Position numbers and translations under genes: made by a program
The notes under the pieces: model-generated
Databases searched by the model: none
What the model saw: only the letters and a program-made list of their open reading frames with translations
Told to the model about the DNA's origin: nothing
Source: Eledone cirrhosa
Taxonomy: Eukaryota
Direction of reading: 5' to 3'
Length of the DNA stretch: 64,000 nucleotides
Assembly (NCBI GenBank): GCA_964016885.1
Contig: OZ024755.1
Location: 34,472,001-34,536,000, forward strand
Shown here: positions 50,049-64,000 of the stretch, in pieces
How positions within the stretch are numbered: position 1 is the first letter of the stretch
Layout of the letters: each line of letters starts with the position of its first letter

Positions 50049-51049
50049 TACACCCCTTCACGTAGACCTTTTTATTGTGCAGGTACTTACATGTTAAATT
50101 AAGAACTCTAGCTTGTTAAACAAGACAAAGATGAGTGTGATTGAGCAGAAGTTTCTCTGTACACCCATCATCTTGCTGTTTCTTTTCTGGTCAGATTTTA
50201 AACTGACTACTTTAGCTTGTAAGCTTTCATTTTCATATACAGTGTACCCCTGGCATTCACAGTCCCGGTTATTCACATAATTTCCCTTAGAATCTAACTA
50301 ATAATTGTTTGTGGAAACTACCGCATATTCACAGAATTGTAAATATCTTCTGCAATATCTTTGACTTTTTTCATGACAATATATATTTTTTCACACTTTT
50401 TAACACTAAGTTATTAATAACAATATACAATATTTGCTGGTCTATATTTTACATTATGTTTTAACATTTATAGGCATTTTATGGACCAGGTTCAATATTC
50501 ACAGTTTTCCACTCTTCATGGGTGCTATAGGAACGTAACCCCATAAATACTAGGGGACAGCTGTAGTTTGATTATCTTTACAATGTGCCTCTTAAATTCC
50601 TTGTTTATTTTTCTACCTGTAGTGGTTGATTGAAGTGAAGAGATGCTAAAGATTGGCTTACTTTAAGCAACAAATCCTCTTTTCAATGATATGAGGCAGT
50701 GCATGTATAACTCATAGACCTATCTTTGAAAATATTCTTCTACAACTAAGCTACCAGCATTGGAACTGAGTTTCTTTTGACCAAACTCTCTCAGAGGCTG
50801 AATCTTCAATTTTACTGCCAGCTGTACATCTTTTGAAACAATTTTATTTAATTGTTCTGTGTTTTGCTTGTAGCCAAGCTCTTGGACACATAATTATATA
50901 CTTTAATTGCATCAAATTGAATTAAATAGCTTGAAGACCTTGTGTTAGAGAATTGGCCAAAATGTGATGATGAGGCCAAAATAATAATGAGATAGACAAA
51001 GTTGCTGTACTTGGAGTAACAGATGAGCTAACCATTAGGATCACAATAC

Positions 51050-51766
51050 TTAGCTGGGTTAATGGAGTCACTATAAACAGCTGGGTTAATGGGGTCACTC
51101 TACTTACCTGGGTTAATGGAGTCACTATACAAAACTGGGTTAATGGAGTCACTGCACAAAACTGGGTTAATGGAGTCACTATAAACAGCTGGGTTAATGG
51201 AGTCACTATATATAGCTGGGTTAATGGAGTCACTGTACAAAACTGGGTTAGTGGAGTCTATATATAGCTGGGTTAATGGAGTCACTATATATAACTGGGT
51301 TAATGGGGTCACTATACTTAGCTGAGTTAATGGAGTCACTATATATAACTGGGTTAATGGAGTCACTATATATAGCTGGGTTAATGGGTCACTATAAACA
51401 GCTGGGTTAATGGAGTCACTCTATTTACCTGGGTTAATGGGGTCACTATAAACAGCTGAGTTAATGGAGTCACTATACAAAACTGGGTTAATGGACTCAC
51501 TATATATAACTGGGTTAATGGAGTCACTGTACAAAACTGGGTTAATGGGGTCACTATATATAGCTGGGTTAATGGAGTCACTGTACAAAACTGGGTTAAT
51601 GGAGTCACTATATATATAGCTGGGTTAATGGGGTGACTGTACAAAACTGGGTTAATGGGGTTACTATATATAGCTGGGTTAATGGAGTCACTGTACAAAA
51701 CTGGGTTAATGGTGTCACTATATATAACTGGGTTAATGGAGTCACTATACTTAGCTGGGTTAATGG
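51050..51766. repeat. 27-bp minisatellite (~26 copies)
   Basis: Constant CTGGGTTAATGGAGTCACT plus about 8 variable nt. Confidence 0.95.
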
Positions 51767-51899
51767 AAATAAAATTGTAATACTTTTATATTTTACAGTT
51801 CAATATGTTTCACATAAGTCGTGGCACATTTCAGACTTGCTCAAAGATAGCTTTAAATGTGTCAATAGAATATCTTGTTTCAAGAGTTAAGCTCATCTT

Positions 51900-52125
51900 C
51901 TGATGATGATGGTGAGGATGATGATAATGGTGGTGAGGATGATGATAATGGTGGTGGTGATGATGGTGATGATGGTGATAATGAGAATGGTGGTGGTGAT
52001 GATGATGATGATAATGAAAATGGTGGTGGTGATGATGATGGTGATAATGAGAATGATGATGGCGATGATGATAAGGATGGTGATGATGATAAGGATGGTG
52101 ATGATGATAAGGATGGCGATGATGT
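51900..52125. repeat. (GAT/GGT)n array
   Basis: Direct reading. Confidence 0.93.
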
Positions 52126-52724
52126 GAGGAAGAGGAGGAGGTTGTGGGGAGCAGAATCCTTGGCATGCCGTTCAGGGGGTTAATTAGAGTCACTCATGAA
52201 ATTTAATTTATGTGCAACACAATTAACAAATGCAGCTTAAGGATATTTGTTTTCTCTTCTATATTTTGTTTCCTTTGTATAACAACCATTATATTTTGGA
52301 TCAAGTAGCTCTTCTAGATTTAACCAAAATTTTGTAAACGAATCTTTAAAAAACTACCAAGACTGGAAGTTCAATATATAATTACAGGTCCACCAAATAT
52401 AAACAAAATCTTTGTGTACATGGAAGCTAGGAAAAGATTCAACATGTCTAGCTGTTTTACAGCTTCCCTTCTTTCCTCTTTTCCTTTCTTTTTCATGTTC
52501 TTAGACCTATTCTGCCTCCCATTGGCCTCCTTCAATATTTGAAATTTTATTTTTATTATTTTCTTTTCCTTTTTTTTTTATTTAATTAGTTTTTTTTTCA
52601 TTACTTCTCTCACTAGCATTTTTTTTAATTACCAACTGTAAGAAGTGCTCAATACTTCCCCTAGTGTGTTATGGCTTACTAGCTCTATACGGACGTTTAA
52701 ATTGAATAAATAGATAAAAAGATA

Positions 52725-53011
52725 CTGTATTTCCCGGTGCCAAAGATGCTTCGTCCTCGAAGATGCACCCTAATTTTGACAACCAAAAATTTGAAAAAAA
52801 ATAATTGTTTCTACTTTAGGCACAAGGCCAGCAATTACCCAGTACATTACTGGTACTTTATTTTATCGACCCCGTAAGGATGAAAGGCAAAGTTGACCTC
52901 GGCGGGATTTGAACTCAAAATAATAAACAACCATCAGCCTCCTGGATACATGGTAGATTTTAGAGACTTATTTTAGGAAGAAAGTAGCGTCTTCGATGCC
53001 AGGAAATACAG
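52725..53011. mobile_element. TA-flanked MITE (Tc1/mariner-pogo type) interrupted by a truncated SINE A (52801-52917, minus)
   Basis: TA-CTGTATTTCCCGGTGCCAAAGATGC ... GCGTCTTCGATGCCAGGAAATACAG-TA inverted termini. Confidence 0.8.
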
Positions 53012-53174
53012 TAATTGAACTGGTAGTCGAGACAGCATTCAATCTAGTTAGTGTTGCAAAGCCAAAGAATTTCTCTTGAATAATTTAGTTGCATCAACAA
53101 ACTATATCTCTCTCGTTTCCCTTTTTGAAAATTTGGATCACCACTCCCAATTGCCATTGCTTTGGTGCCTTTCC

Positions 53175-53498
53175 AGAGATCCAGGCCACCTGGCATGCAA
53201 GAGTCAGTCAGAGAATAACTTCTCTATTTAAAGTTTCTCAGAGATCCAGGCCACCTGGCATGCAAGAGTCAGTCAGAGAATAACTTCTCTATTTAAAGTT
53301 TCTCAGAGATCCAGGCCACCTGGCATGCAAGAGTCAGTCAGAGAATAACTTCTCTATTTAAAGTTTCTCAGAGATCCAGGCTACCTGGCATGCAAGAGTC
53401 AGTCAGAGAATAACTTCTCTATTTAAAGTTTCTCAGAGATCCAGGCTACTTGGCATGCAACAGTCAGTCAGAGAATAACTGCTCTATTTAAAGTTTCT
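53175..53498. repeat. 65-bp tandem repeat (5 copies)
   Basis: AGAGATCCAGGCCACCTGGCATGCAAGAGTCAGTCAGAGAATAACTTCTCTATTTAAAGTTTCTC. Confidence 0.95.
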
Positions 53499-53721
53499 AA
53501 CACCTCAGGATAAATGTTATCCTCTTTCAAGTAATATAACACAGTAGGGTGTGTAGCTCAGAGAAACCACAGTAAATGACCAAAGCACACGAAGCCAGGG
53601 GTGGGGAAAGCTGATTTCAAATTACAGAAGCAGATGACAAAAGATTCCATGCAACAAGTGGAGGGACACTGTACTGGGAAAAGACCCATCATCATCCAAC
53701 CCATGCAAGCGTGGAAAATCC

Positions 53722-54190
53722 TCATCATCATCGTTTAATGTTCATTTTACATGCTAGCATGGGTTAGACAGGTTGTTCCGTTAGAGGCAAGTTGGGTCAG
53801 GTGACCGTGTCAGGTGACCTTGCCATATAGGACTGTTTATGGCTATATTTCTACAGCTGGATGCCCTTACTTATGCCAATCACATTTACAGTGTCTGCTG
53901 GGTGCTTTTTGTCATGACTCCTAAACAACCACTTTACAGTGTGTACTGGGTGCTTTTTATTGTGACTCCTACACAACCACTTTACAGTGTGTACTGGGTG
54001 CTTTTTATTGTGACTCCTACATGACCCCTTTACAGTGTGGACTGGGTGCTTTTTGTTGTGACTCCTACATGACCTCTTTACAGTGTGGAGTGGGTGCTTT
54101 TTGTTGTGACTCCTACATGATCCCTTTACAGTGTGGACTGGGTGCTTTTTGTTGTGACTCCTACGTGATCCATTTACAGTGTAGACTGGG
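53722..54190 (-). mobile_element. RTE 3'-UTR fragment with a 48-bp segment expanded about six times
   Basis: Tail plus CTACAGCTGGATGCCC module, then repeated TTTACAGTGTG.ACTGGGTGCTTTTT.TTGTGACTCCTAC. Confidence 0.82.
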
Positions 54191-54690
54191 AAAAGTGGAT
54201 GTAAAATGATGATGAAAAGGAGGCTGAGGATGGTAGTTATGTTAATGTAAAAATCGTAAATATTGGTGAAACATTGTTGTTTTATAAATATCTAACAAAG
54301 CTTAGTTGGTAAAGAAAGAAAAAAATTGCAATTTTGGCTCAAAATAGTTAACAACCACTAACTGTTTTATTCAACAGAAATATGGCGAGGGATTTATAAT
54401 TGAAAACCTTTGTTGTACTGTCTATCAGAAAAACCCTGCACTCAATGTCTAGACTCAATCATCAATTTTACGAGTATTTATTATAATTTCTAATGTGGTT
54501 TTGAATACTGTGATGCTTTTGTGACAAATAAGCATTTCATTCAGTAACCAACATACACACACATATATATATAAACACACATGCATGCACACATCTATAT
54601 ACATACATATATACATACACACCCACATACATACATACACAAACACACATACACACATACATAAACACACACACATACATACACACACAT

Positions 54691-54749
<59 letters not shown>

Positions 54750-55202
54750 AAAAGTAAATATTTAAGGTAAATATAGAATTATGCTGATAATATTCTCTAT
54801 ATATATTCAATGTATAAGCACAATCAGAAAAATCTGACTAATCGTCTTATGAGATGTACATATAATCTATAAAATCAGTCTTTGTGTAAGTAAATTTTTG
54901 AAAAACTGTGTGAATGTTGTGGTTCCAAGCATGAATACAATAATGGAATAAATAGCAAATAGAAAATTAAATCATTTCATTCCTGACATTGTAAAATAAA
55001 ATATAAATAAAATAAAAAGAAATAAAAATTAAATTAAATTAAACTAAAATAGACTAAAATAAAACAAACAAAATTTTTCTCAAGATCCATTAAAAATATA
55101 TATAATTAATTATTATATTTATGTATTATAATCTGATATTCAACTCAACATCTAATGAGTATTTATTCAAATTTGCCAGAATATTAAGCAAATTTAGGCC
55201 TC

Positions 55203-55541
55203 TCTTGTGACACTAAACTCCACCAGTTGCAAACTGCTCATTAACATGTGATATCGCTCTCCACAAAGTTCGATCACCAACAGCAGAGTTCAAAGAGCAA
55301 AGATCAAGTCCAGGTCATAAGTTGACATTGTCAAGCCATCGTTTTGGCTGCCGGCCTCTGCTTCTCTTACCAGCCAACCTTCCTTCCAGGCATAACCTAC
55401 TCACACCACAAGTTGATCTTTTTATATGACTGTATAGTTTGAGTACTCTTGACTTGACAATTGATGTAATTGGTCTAAGTTTGGTAATGTTGAACAGCTC
55501 ATGGATACAGATACGGTCGCTGAGCCGCTTGCCTGTCATAA
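55203..55541 (-). mobile_element. RTE LINE 3' fragment, same family as 12705-13155
   Basis: KLRPITSIVKSRVLKLYSHIKR...GKRSRGRQPKRWLDNV. Confidence 0.85.
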
Positions 55542-56326
55542 GCCATCTACTGCCAATGTTAGCATTTTAAATATTTGAAACATCAGTTAGCAGCTAAAAA
55601 TTAAGTCTTATATATGAAACTCTTGTATTTATTTTGATACACCCACCTCCCATCTACTGACCCACACATATTAGGCTGATATTCAGTGAATCCATAAAAA
55701 ATAAATGGAATTTGATAATTTGAAAATCAAATTGAATTAAATCAAAATTTGATCTCAAAGAAAAGAAACTGGAACATTATACTCCAAAAGTTCCTTAAAC
55801 TCTGAAGAAGGGAATTTTAGTCCCAAAATATTAGGATTTATAAATAAGAATAAAATGCTGTAGTTTGGTTGACACATTGTATACAATATATAATGTGGAA
55901 AGTGATATATGGTTAAACAATGCAAAATGGAGGGTAAGATGAATGTAACAAAAGAGTTTAACTGGTAATCTTTAATTTGTTAGGGGGATTTTTTTGTTAT
56001 TGCTGTTGTTTCTTGACAGCAGCAAAAAAACCCCAAAAAACTAAAGATTACCAGGTAACTTACTATTCGCTACCTCATCTTACAATCCATTTTGCATTGT
56101 TTAGCCTTCTATCTCTTTCCACATTATATATTATATTCAATGTGTCAACCAAACTACAGCATTTTATTAATTTGAAAATCTTTAGCTTGACATATGAAAA
56201 TATTGGTTAAAAATATTATTTGGTTTTGATATCTTTTTAACCCAGTAGCATCTTTATATTATTGTACCGAATTTTTGAGCATTATATATTAAATAATTTG
56301 ATCAATTATCTAGGCTTTTAGTTTAG

Positions 56327-56372
<46 letters not shown>

Positions 56373-56418
56373 AATGGAAGTTTAGTAAAATCAAAGTTTC
56401 GGCTGTAGCCAAGATAAC

Positions 56419-56599
56419 TGTTTCTACTTTAGGCACAAGGCCAGCAATTACCCAGTGCATTACTGGTACTTTATTTTATCGACCCCGTAAGGATGAAAGG
56501 CAAAGTCAACCTCGGCGGGATTTGAACTCAGATCGTAAAGGGACGTAACTATGCTGGAAAGCATGGCGCCCGACTCTCTACCGATACTGCCAATCCACT
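56419..56599 (-). mobile_element. SINE family A, young copy
   Basis: 18-bp TSD GGCTGTAGCCAAGATAAC at 56401-56418 and 56600-56617. Confidence 0.92.
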
Positions 56600-56758
56600 G
56601 GCTGTAGCCAAGATAACGATATACAATTAGGAATGTGCAGCAAAGCACTCAATAAGGCTGGATCTCAGAGTAATAACGTCAGATAGCAAGACAAATTGAA
56701 AACTGCAGCAGGCAAGCCTGGCCACAACACCAAAGCAATGAAAAAAACGTTTGTTTGT

Positions 56759-56817
<59 letters not shown>

Positions 56818-56965
56818 TGTGTGATTCAAAAGAAATTATCAGGAAAGCCTGATGATGTTTGTTGAATGAAACAGCCCTAGTCCTGTAGAAGCCATTTCTA
56901 AACATGGTATGTATATGTAAAAACATATTTAATGACGATTATGTATATATATATATATATAAATA

Positions 56966-57889
56966 TATATATATTACTAAAAGTCTGTGATTGCTTGCTT
57001 GCTTGCTTGTCTGTAATGTAATATAATTCAGCAAAAAGGGTGCATATTACGAAAATACTTTGAAAGGAAGTTGCCCCTGAAATGGGAATACAAATGGAAT
57101 AAAACAAGTTTTGCGTAAATCGAAGCACCGTTCTCGACATATGGGGGTTTTCTGGGTACCTTCATAAATAGCCAAAATGGTGCATAATGGAAAAATACTC
57201 CAAAAGTAACATAACCTTGCAAACATTCGTAAATAATCAAAACAGTGCATAATGGGAAAATACTCCGAAAGTAAAATAACTCTGAAATGGGAATACAAAT
57301 GGAATAAAACAAGTTTGGTGTAAATCAGACATAGACAATATTTTCATTATTCAAAAAATATTTTTAAGTGAATAGGATTTAAAATATACTTTAAAAAATT
57401 TCTTTCAGTGATTTGTCAGTGAATATTTTTTTTTAAATACAAGTTGTTTGTACTTTAAGTATCTATATTTTAGCTTTGATTAAACAGGCGATATTTTAAT
57501 TATTAAAAAAAAAAAAACATTTCTAAGTGAATATGACTGAAAAATAAGAGTTGTTTTTACAGTTGATGTTTATATTTTTGCTTTTGTTAAACAGAATATT
57601 TTAATTATTTAGCAATATTTTTAAGTGAATGTGATTTCGAAAATACAATTTTTTTCTTACAGTAAGTATTTATATTTTAGCTTTCTTTACATAGACAATA
57701 TTTTAATCTTTTTTAAAATTATTTTCAAGTGAATACGATTAAAAAAATATATTTTGGCATATTTAAAAAATATTCTTAGTGAAAATTACCTTCCAAATTC
57801 ATTTTACATTATATACATGTCTGTGTATATTTTAATTATTTAAAAATCATTTTTAAGTGAACATGATCCAATGGGTCACGGGTGGTATA

Positions 57890-57891
<2 letters not shown>
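56966..57891 (+). mobile_element. Non-autonomous Helitron-like element with internal duplications
   Basis: 5' TATATTACTAAAAG...(GCTT)n; duplicated CTGAAATGGGAATACAAATGGAATAAAACAAG; decayed 3' hairpin CATGATCC-AAT-GGGTCACG then ATAG-T. Confidence 0.55.
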
Positions 57892-57938
<47 letters not shown>

Positions 57939-58307
57939 GATATATACATAGATATATACATATACACATATATATACATAGATATATACATATACAAATA
58001 TATATACATAGATATATACATAGATATATACATATACATACACATATATATACATAGATATATACATATATATATACATATATATATATATACATACACA
58101 TATATACATATATATATATATACATACTTATATAAACATATATATATATATACATACACATATATATCTATATACATACACATATATATCTATACACATA
58201 TACATACACATATATATATCTATATACATATACATATATACATATACATATACATATATACCTATATACATATACAGATATATACACATATATATATATA
58301 TATACAC

Positions 58308-58338
<31 letters not shown>

Positions 58339-58355
58339 TATATATATATATACAC

Positions 58356-58412
<57 letters not shown>

Positions 58413-58455
58413 TATATATATATACACATGTATATATATATATATACACATATAC

Positions 58456-58488
<33 letters not shown>

Positions 58489-58531
58489 TATATATATATA
58501 CACTTATACATATATATATATACACTTATAC

Positions 58532-58566
<35 letters not shown>

Positions 58567-58611
58567 TATATATATACACACATATACATATATATATATA
58601 TATATATACAC

Positions 58612-58642
<31 letters not shown>

Positions 58643-58806
58643 TATATATATATATACACATATACATATATATATAAACACATATACATATATATATATA
58701 TAAACACATATACATATATATATATATACACATATATATATATATATATACACATATACATATATATATAAACACATATACATATATATATATATACATA
58801 TACATA
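57892..58806. repeat. ~0.9-kb (TA)n/(CATA) microsatellite
   Basis: Direct reading. Confidence 0.97.
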
Positions 58807-58808
58807 CA

Positions 58809-59138
58809 GTATTTACGTATCGAGAGAGAGAAAAAAAAGGGGGAGGATAGGTGATACATATAGTTATTTGCCAAGTAGCGTATGCCAAAGGTGCTCGATG
58901 CTAGTGCCGGCAGTATTAAATATTCGAAGTGTTAATATTTAGTGGGCTAGAGAGTTAGCAGAGCGTAAGCACGTGGGAAAGTAAGAAATCGGAGAATAGC
59001 CGTTAAAACATGTTTATTTAAAACAGCACCTACGTACGTTTCACCCTTGAGAAGCCCAACTGGGCGAAACGTACGTAGGTGCTGTTTTAAATAAATATGT
59101 TTTAACGGTCTATTCTCCGATTTCTTACTTTCCCACGT
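58809..59138. mobile_element. Fold-back insertion in (TA)n (palindrome 58971-59138 plus left extension) centred on a hammerhead
   Basis: ACGTGGGAAAGTAAGAAATCGGAGAATAG...CTATTCTCCGATTTCTTACTTTCCCACGT; TA tracts on both sides. Confidence 0.8.
59042..59081 (+). ncRNA. Minimal hammerhead with U3-A8 core variant
   Basis: CACC(C)-TTGAGAA-GCCC(AACT)GGGC-GAA-ACGTACGT-A-GGTG; 8-nt palindromic stem III. Confidence 0.7.
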
Positions 59139-60449
59139 ACATATACATATACATATATATACATATATACACATATATATACATATACATATATATATAC
59201 ATATATATACATATATATACATATATATATATATAATATTAAAGATACTATTTATAGTTATGTATATACTATAAACAACTATAAACAGGAAAGGTCAGTA
59301 AGTTCCTACTACCTTATTACCAGTTGTTTTACAGAGCAGGAAAATAAATAAATTATACAATTATCAAAGTTGTGTTCAAATCATTTAATAGCTGACAATC
59401 GTTTCTTCCAAACTCTCATTTAGTATCATCAGAACATTATCAATGTTTGTACATATAATTAACCTCCTATTCAACTCAGCAATAATATAAATAAATATAA
59501 ATTGATGTTGTGAACAACAGTTTAGTATATATACGGTGTAATGGATGCGACATATATTATACGAGAATTGTACAAAAATTCAAATTCAAATTAAAAGCAC
59601 AGAGTGGAATACATGCAACAGATAATATAAGAGAATAGTCTAATAATTAAAGAGGCATTGAGAAAGAAAGAGTACATTAGCAATACATATGCAAGCGTGT
59701 AGAAAGTGAACATGCATTATTCATATATATGAGAAGGAAATAAGCAAAGTTATTATGCATATATAGATAAATAAATACTGTATTTTAAGCAAATATGTTA
59801 ATGTATTAAAATCTATGGTGGATGTAGTATGTTGATAGTGTTTGAATTTGTGTGTGTTGAGAAAAACAAAGTTATTGCATATGTTGAATTATATCTATAT
59901 ATTAATTTCAATAATGTCAGTATTCCGTGTGTCATAATTCTCGATTATCATTGGTTCATAGGTTTCAAACGACTCCGCCCACTTCAACAACGCCAAACTG
60001 AAATTAATATGCATAATGCCAATGAGGGAGTGAGAGGGGAGAGTGTGAACGCTGTGTTTGATACACTATGTATATGAGTCAGTGTAGAGACGTGTGTGTG
60101 TGTGATGTGCGTGGAAATAAGAGGGGAAGTAAAGCAATAACTATTAACATGTGTGCGTGTGTATGTACGTGCGCGTATGTTTATGTGCGTGTGTGTGCAG
60201 CGTTCCACAGAAAGTAAAAACTATCAACATGTGCGAGTGTGTGCGCGTGTAAGTTTGCATGCATGTGCACGTTTCCATGCGTGTATGTGTGTGGCGTTCC
60301 ACAATCGCCACGCAGTTTATCTGTCTGTGTGCCTGTCTGTCAGTCTAACATACACAGAGTTGTGAAGGGAGTAAATAGGGACCTTTTTTTTTACATTGAC
60401 GGACATCTTTTATATTTATTATTGTGTCATTTTTTTATAATTGCTCGAA

Positions 60450-63400
60450 ATGAATACTGATAATAAAAGCAGTGAACTACAGCGGCGACGGCGTGCAGCC
60501 AACAATGAAGAAAAACAGGCCGAATAGTGCCATCGGAACGCTGAACTTCAGAGGCGAAGACGTGCCGCCATGAATGAAGAGGAACTGGCTGAACAACGCC
60601 AACGAAATACTGGAGCCAAGCAGCGACGGCGTGCTGCAATGGTTGAAGACGAAGTGGCTGAGCATCATTAGCAGATGGCCGGAATTCAGCAGCAACGGCA
60701 TGCTGCGATGGATGAAGAGGAGCTGGCTGAACAGCGCCAGCGCAATACAGATGTTCAGAGATTGTGTCGCCAAAGTGCTCCTCATTCCAGTAAAGAGGCT
60801 AGAAGACGAACGGATCATATTAAAAATGGATCATGGCAACCGTGTCATTTTCAGATTGGAGGACGAGCAGAGTGTCCACATTGTGGAACATTGCTTTGGA
60901 GGCACGAAAAGACGTGGACCACAATGTGCGGTCATAAAGGAGCAGTTCAACTAGAACCCTTGCGAATGCCAGAGAGTTAGTGAGATGTTTGAGAATGGAG
61001 CATGGCAACCGAATGTAGTCATTCAAGGCCATTTGTATCATTGTATCGGTAATTTAGAAGTTACCCCAGGAGAGAGGCCTCGATTCGCTTAAATTTACGT
61101 TAACGATCCAGATTATAGTGAATCGGAGGAGGATATCAGGATCGGTTGGATGAAGTTGCCGGGAAATATAACTGAACTTGAACGGCTTAGACAGTGTAAT
61201 CCTTATGTTATGGATTTCATGTTGGTGGCTGAACTGCAAAATGTTCAGCAGCAAACATTGGTGATTAAGGCTGACGCAGTGCCAAGGAATCAACACGAAT
61301 GGCGATATAATGCCCCTGAGGGATTTCGTGAAGTTGCTGTGTTGATGGACGATAAACCTGGATCGAGAGATATCATCCTCAATCGCAGAGATGGTGGTCT
61401 CAAGACTATCAATGAGTCAAATAGGGCATACGATCCATTGCATTATGTTCTTTTATTACCAAAAGGTGAAAATGGATGGAACATGTCTGTTAATTTAGAT
61501 GATCATGAGAATCAGCATCAACAGGGAAGCGGCAATAGACACAATAATTTGATTCACGATTTTTAGGCGTTCCATTTGAACGAGAGGAATCAACAGAGAA
61601 ATGCGCTATTTAAAGCCAGCAGATTGTTCCAGGAATACTGTTGTATGGCATTCGCAAAGATCGAAAATCAAAGGCTAAATTATATAGCTACACATCAGCA
61701 ACATATCAGAGCTGAATTGTATAATAACAAGCAAATTGGTCGACGCATCATTTTGCTATCGTCGTTCATCGGCGGCCCGAGATATATGAACATTCGCTGT
61801 CAGGATGCAATGGCTATTGTCAGAAAGTTTGGAAAGCCAGATTTGTTTATAACGGTTACATGCAATCCTGAATGGTCTGATATTAAGGATGCACTTTTGC
61901 CAGGACAACAGCCAAAAGACCATCCTGATATTGTAGCAAGAGTATTCAAAGGATATCTGAAAAATATAATGGATGATGTGGAAAAAGAGGGAATCTTTGG
62001 AGGTATAGTTGCGTTTACATACGTAATTGAATTCCAAAAAAGAGGATTGCCACATGCACATTTGCTGATCATTTTATATAGAGATTGCAAATTGTGATGT
62101 GCTGAGGATGTCGACAGCGTTGTGTGTGCTGAACTGCCGGAGAATGAGGCACTATGCAACTTGGTGGCAAAGTCAATGGTGCACAACCAATGCGGAGTGG
62201 CAAATCGGAAAGCGCCTTGCATGAAAAATGGCCAATGCAGTAAGCACTTTCCGAAATCTTTTGTCACGAACACTTCCTGGAACGATGGGGATGCTCATCC
62301 CTCATACAGAAGACGGTCACCTGCAGATGGCGGTTTGGTCGAAAATGTAAACGGTTGACAAGTTACAAATCAATGGGTTGTGCCATACAATCCATATTTG
62401 ATTATGAAATATCGTTGTCATATTAATGTGGAAATTTGTAGCTCAGTGAAAGCTTGCAAAAATCTATTCAAATATGTTTATAAAGGTCATGATCGGGCAA
62501 TGATCAATGTTAGGAATGCGGAAGCGAACCAAGGAGATGAAGTTGGCAGGTTCCAGGATGTTCGCTCGATTGGATCTAGCGAAGCTTGCTGGAGATTGTT
62601 CGATTTTGATCTCAATGAATGCAAACCCAGCGTTCAGAAACTGACGGTTCACTTAGAGAATAGGCAAATGGTCTGTTTTCAGGACACTAGAAGAGGTATC
62701 GAAAGAATTGCTAACGCTCCACCTCCTAAGACGGAATTGACTGAGTGGTTCAAGCATAATAGGGAACATGCTTTGAACCCGGATCAAAGGCAACTCTACT
62801 GCGATTTCCCTTCGCACTATACGTGGGATAAGAAGGGAAAGAAATGGAATGATAGAAAACAAAAGTTGAGATTCATGACTATTGGACGGGTTTGTAATGT
62901 CCATCCAGCATCTGGTGATGTGTTTTATCTCCAAATTCAGTTGCATACTGATTTTTCGAGAGATAAACAGAGCTTCGCTGATTTGAAAACAATCAATGGC
63001 GTGGAATATGAAACATACCAGGCTGTGTGTCAGCATCTGGGACTCCTTCAGGATGACGCTGAATGGAATAACGCCATGGAAGTTGCAGGAACAACACAGA
63101 TGCCAGATCAAATAAGGTAGTTGTTTGTCACGATTCTAGGATTCTGCAATCCTGCCGATCCAAGAGAGTTATTTGAACGCCATTGGGGAATTATGGCTGA
63201 TGATTTTAGGCATCATCTTCAGGTCGATGATGAAAATTTGATGAAAGCTATTGTTTTGCTCAATATTGAGCAACTGCTTGAAGTTCATTTCAAATGTTTA
63301 ACAGATTTCAATTTGCCAATTCCTGATGAAGAAATGCAGCAATGTGTCTTAGCATTGAACATGAGATTGCAGCTTAGACGGTTGCCACTCGATCGGAGGG

Positions 63401-64000
63401 AACTATTCCAGTTTGATCCACTGGAACAGCATCGTATTGTGGATGAACATATGCCAATGTTGACCCAATCTCAGAGAGAATTGGTTGATGGTGTTCTCCA
63501 CTCGATTTCCACTAATGAGCAACTTTGTGCTTTCATAGATGCTCCAGGAGGCACCGGATAGACATTCTGTTTCAACACTATGTTATCGGCAGTCAGAGCT
63601 CAGAGGAAGATTGCTCTCCCTGTGGCCACCAGTGGGATCGCTGCCACATTGCTGAGTGGTGGAAGGACCTTCCACTCATGCTTTAAGGCTCCATTGGCTC
63701 CGGATAAGTTGAATGTATTAACATTACAGGACAAAGTGAACTCGCGGGCCTTATACGCAATACGCCTCTGATTATTTGGGACGAGGCGCCAATGGCACAC
63801 AGATATTTGCTGGAGGCATTGGATAGAACTTTGAGAGATATCTGCGGTAGTGACCTGCCATTCGGTGGTAAGACTATCGTTCTTGGTGGCGATTTCAGAC
63901 AGGTGCTACCAATTGGTAGGAATGCTCAAAGAGCGCAAATTGTCGATGCATGTCTGAAAAAGACCCCGTTGTGGCGCCATTTCAGAGTTTTGCGATTACA
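60450..64000 (+). pseudogene. Helitron Rep/helicase (RepHel) transposase, pseudogenised; continues past the window end
   Basis: N-terminal CPHCG..LW..E Zn motif; YDPLHYVLL; Rep motifs PDLFITVTCNPEW, VIEFQKRGLPHAHLLI, HINVEIC...LFKYVYKG; PIF1-like [49 protein letters not shown]; several nonsense codons in one frame. Confidence 0.96.

Noticed and set aside
61756-63111. Minus-strand ORFs overlapping the Helitron
   Set aside because: Antisense shadows of the RepHel frame.

Overview
AT-rich, repeat-saturated animal genomic DNA. It is probably an octopod cephalopod, inferred from the SINE families, RTE LINEs and extreme (TA)n/(CA)n load. No complete host gene is recognisable, only two weak candidate exons on the minus strand. 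The window holds: a pseudogenised autonomous Helitron (Rep-HUH plus PIF1-like helicase, about 60.4 kb to the window end) and three non-autonomous Helitron-like elements; a 5'-truncated RTE LINE with a PHD-like finger inside its reverse transcriptase, plus fragments of several other RTE families; at least five tRNA-derived SINE families; TTAA- and TA-flanked MITEs; and many mini- and microsatellites, several born from transposon pieces. The most striking signal is a set of Penelope-like element (PLE) derivatives embedded in (TA)n tracts. These are two GIY-YIG 3' ends, each followed by a minimal type I hammerhead ribozyme, and four head-to-head fold-back insertions, three with hammerhead motifs. 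The best fold-back (34054-34995) has 422-bp near-perfect arms, two intact hammerheads, and a 466-bp monomer with 56-bp terminal redundancy, suggesting a circular or tandem RNA template. All calls were made by eye, without database searches.
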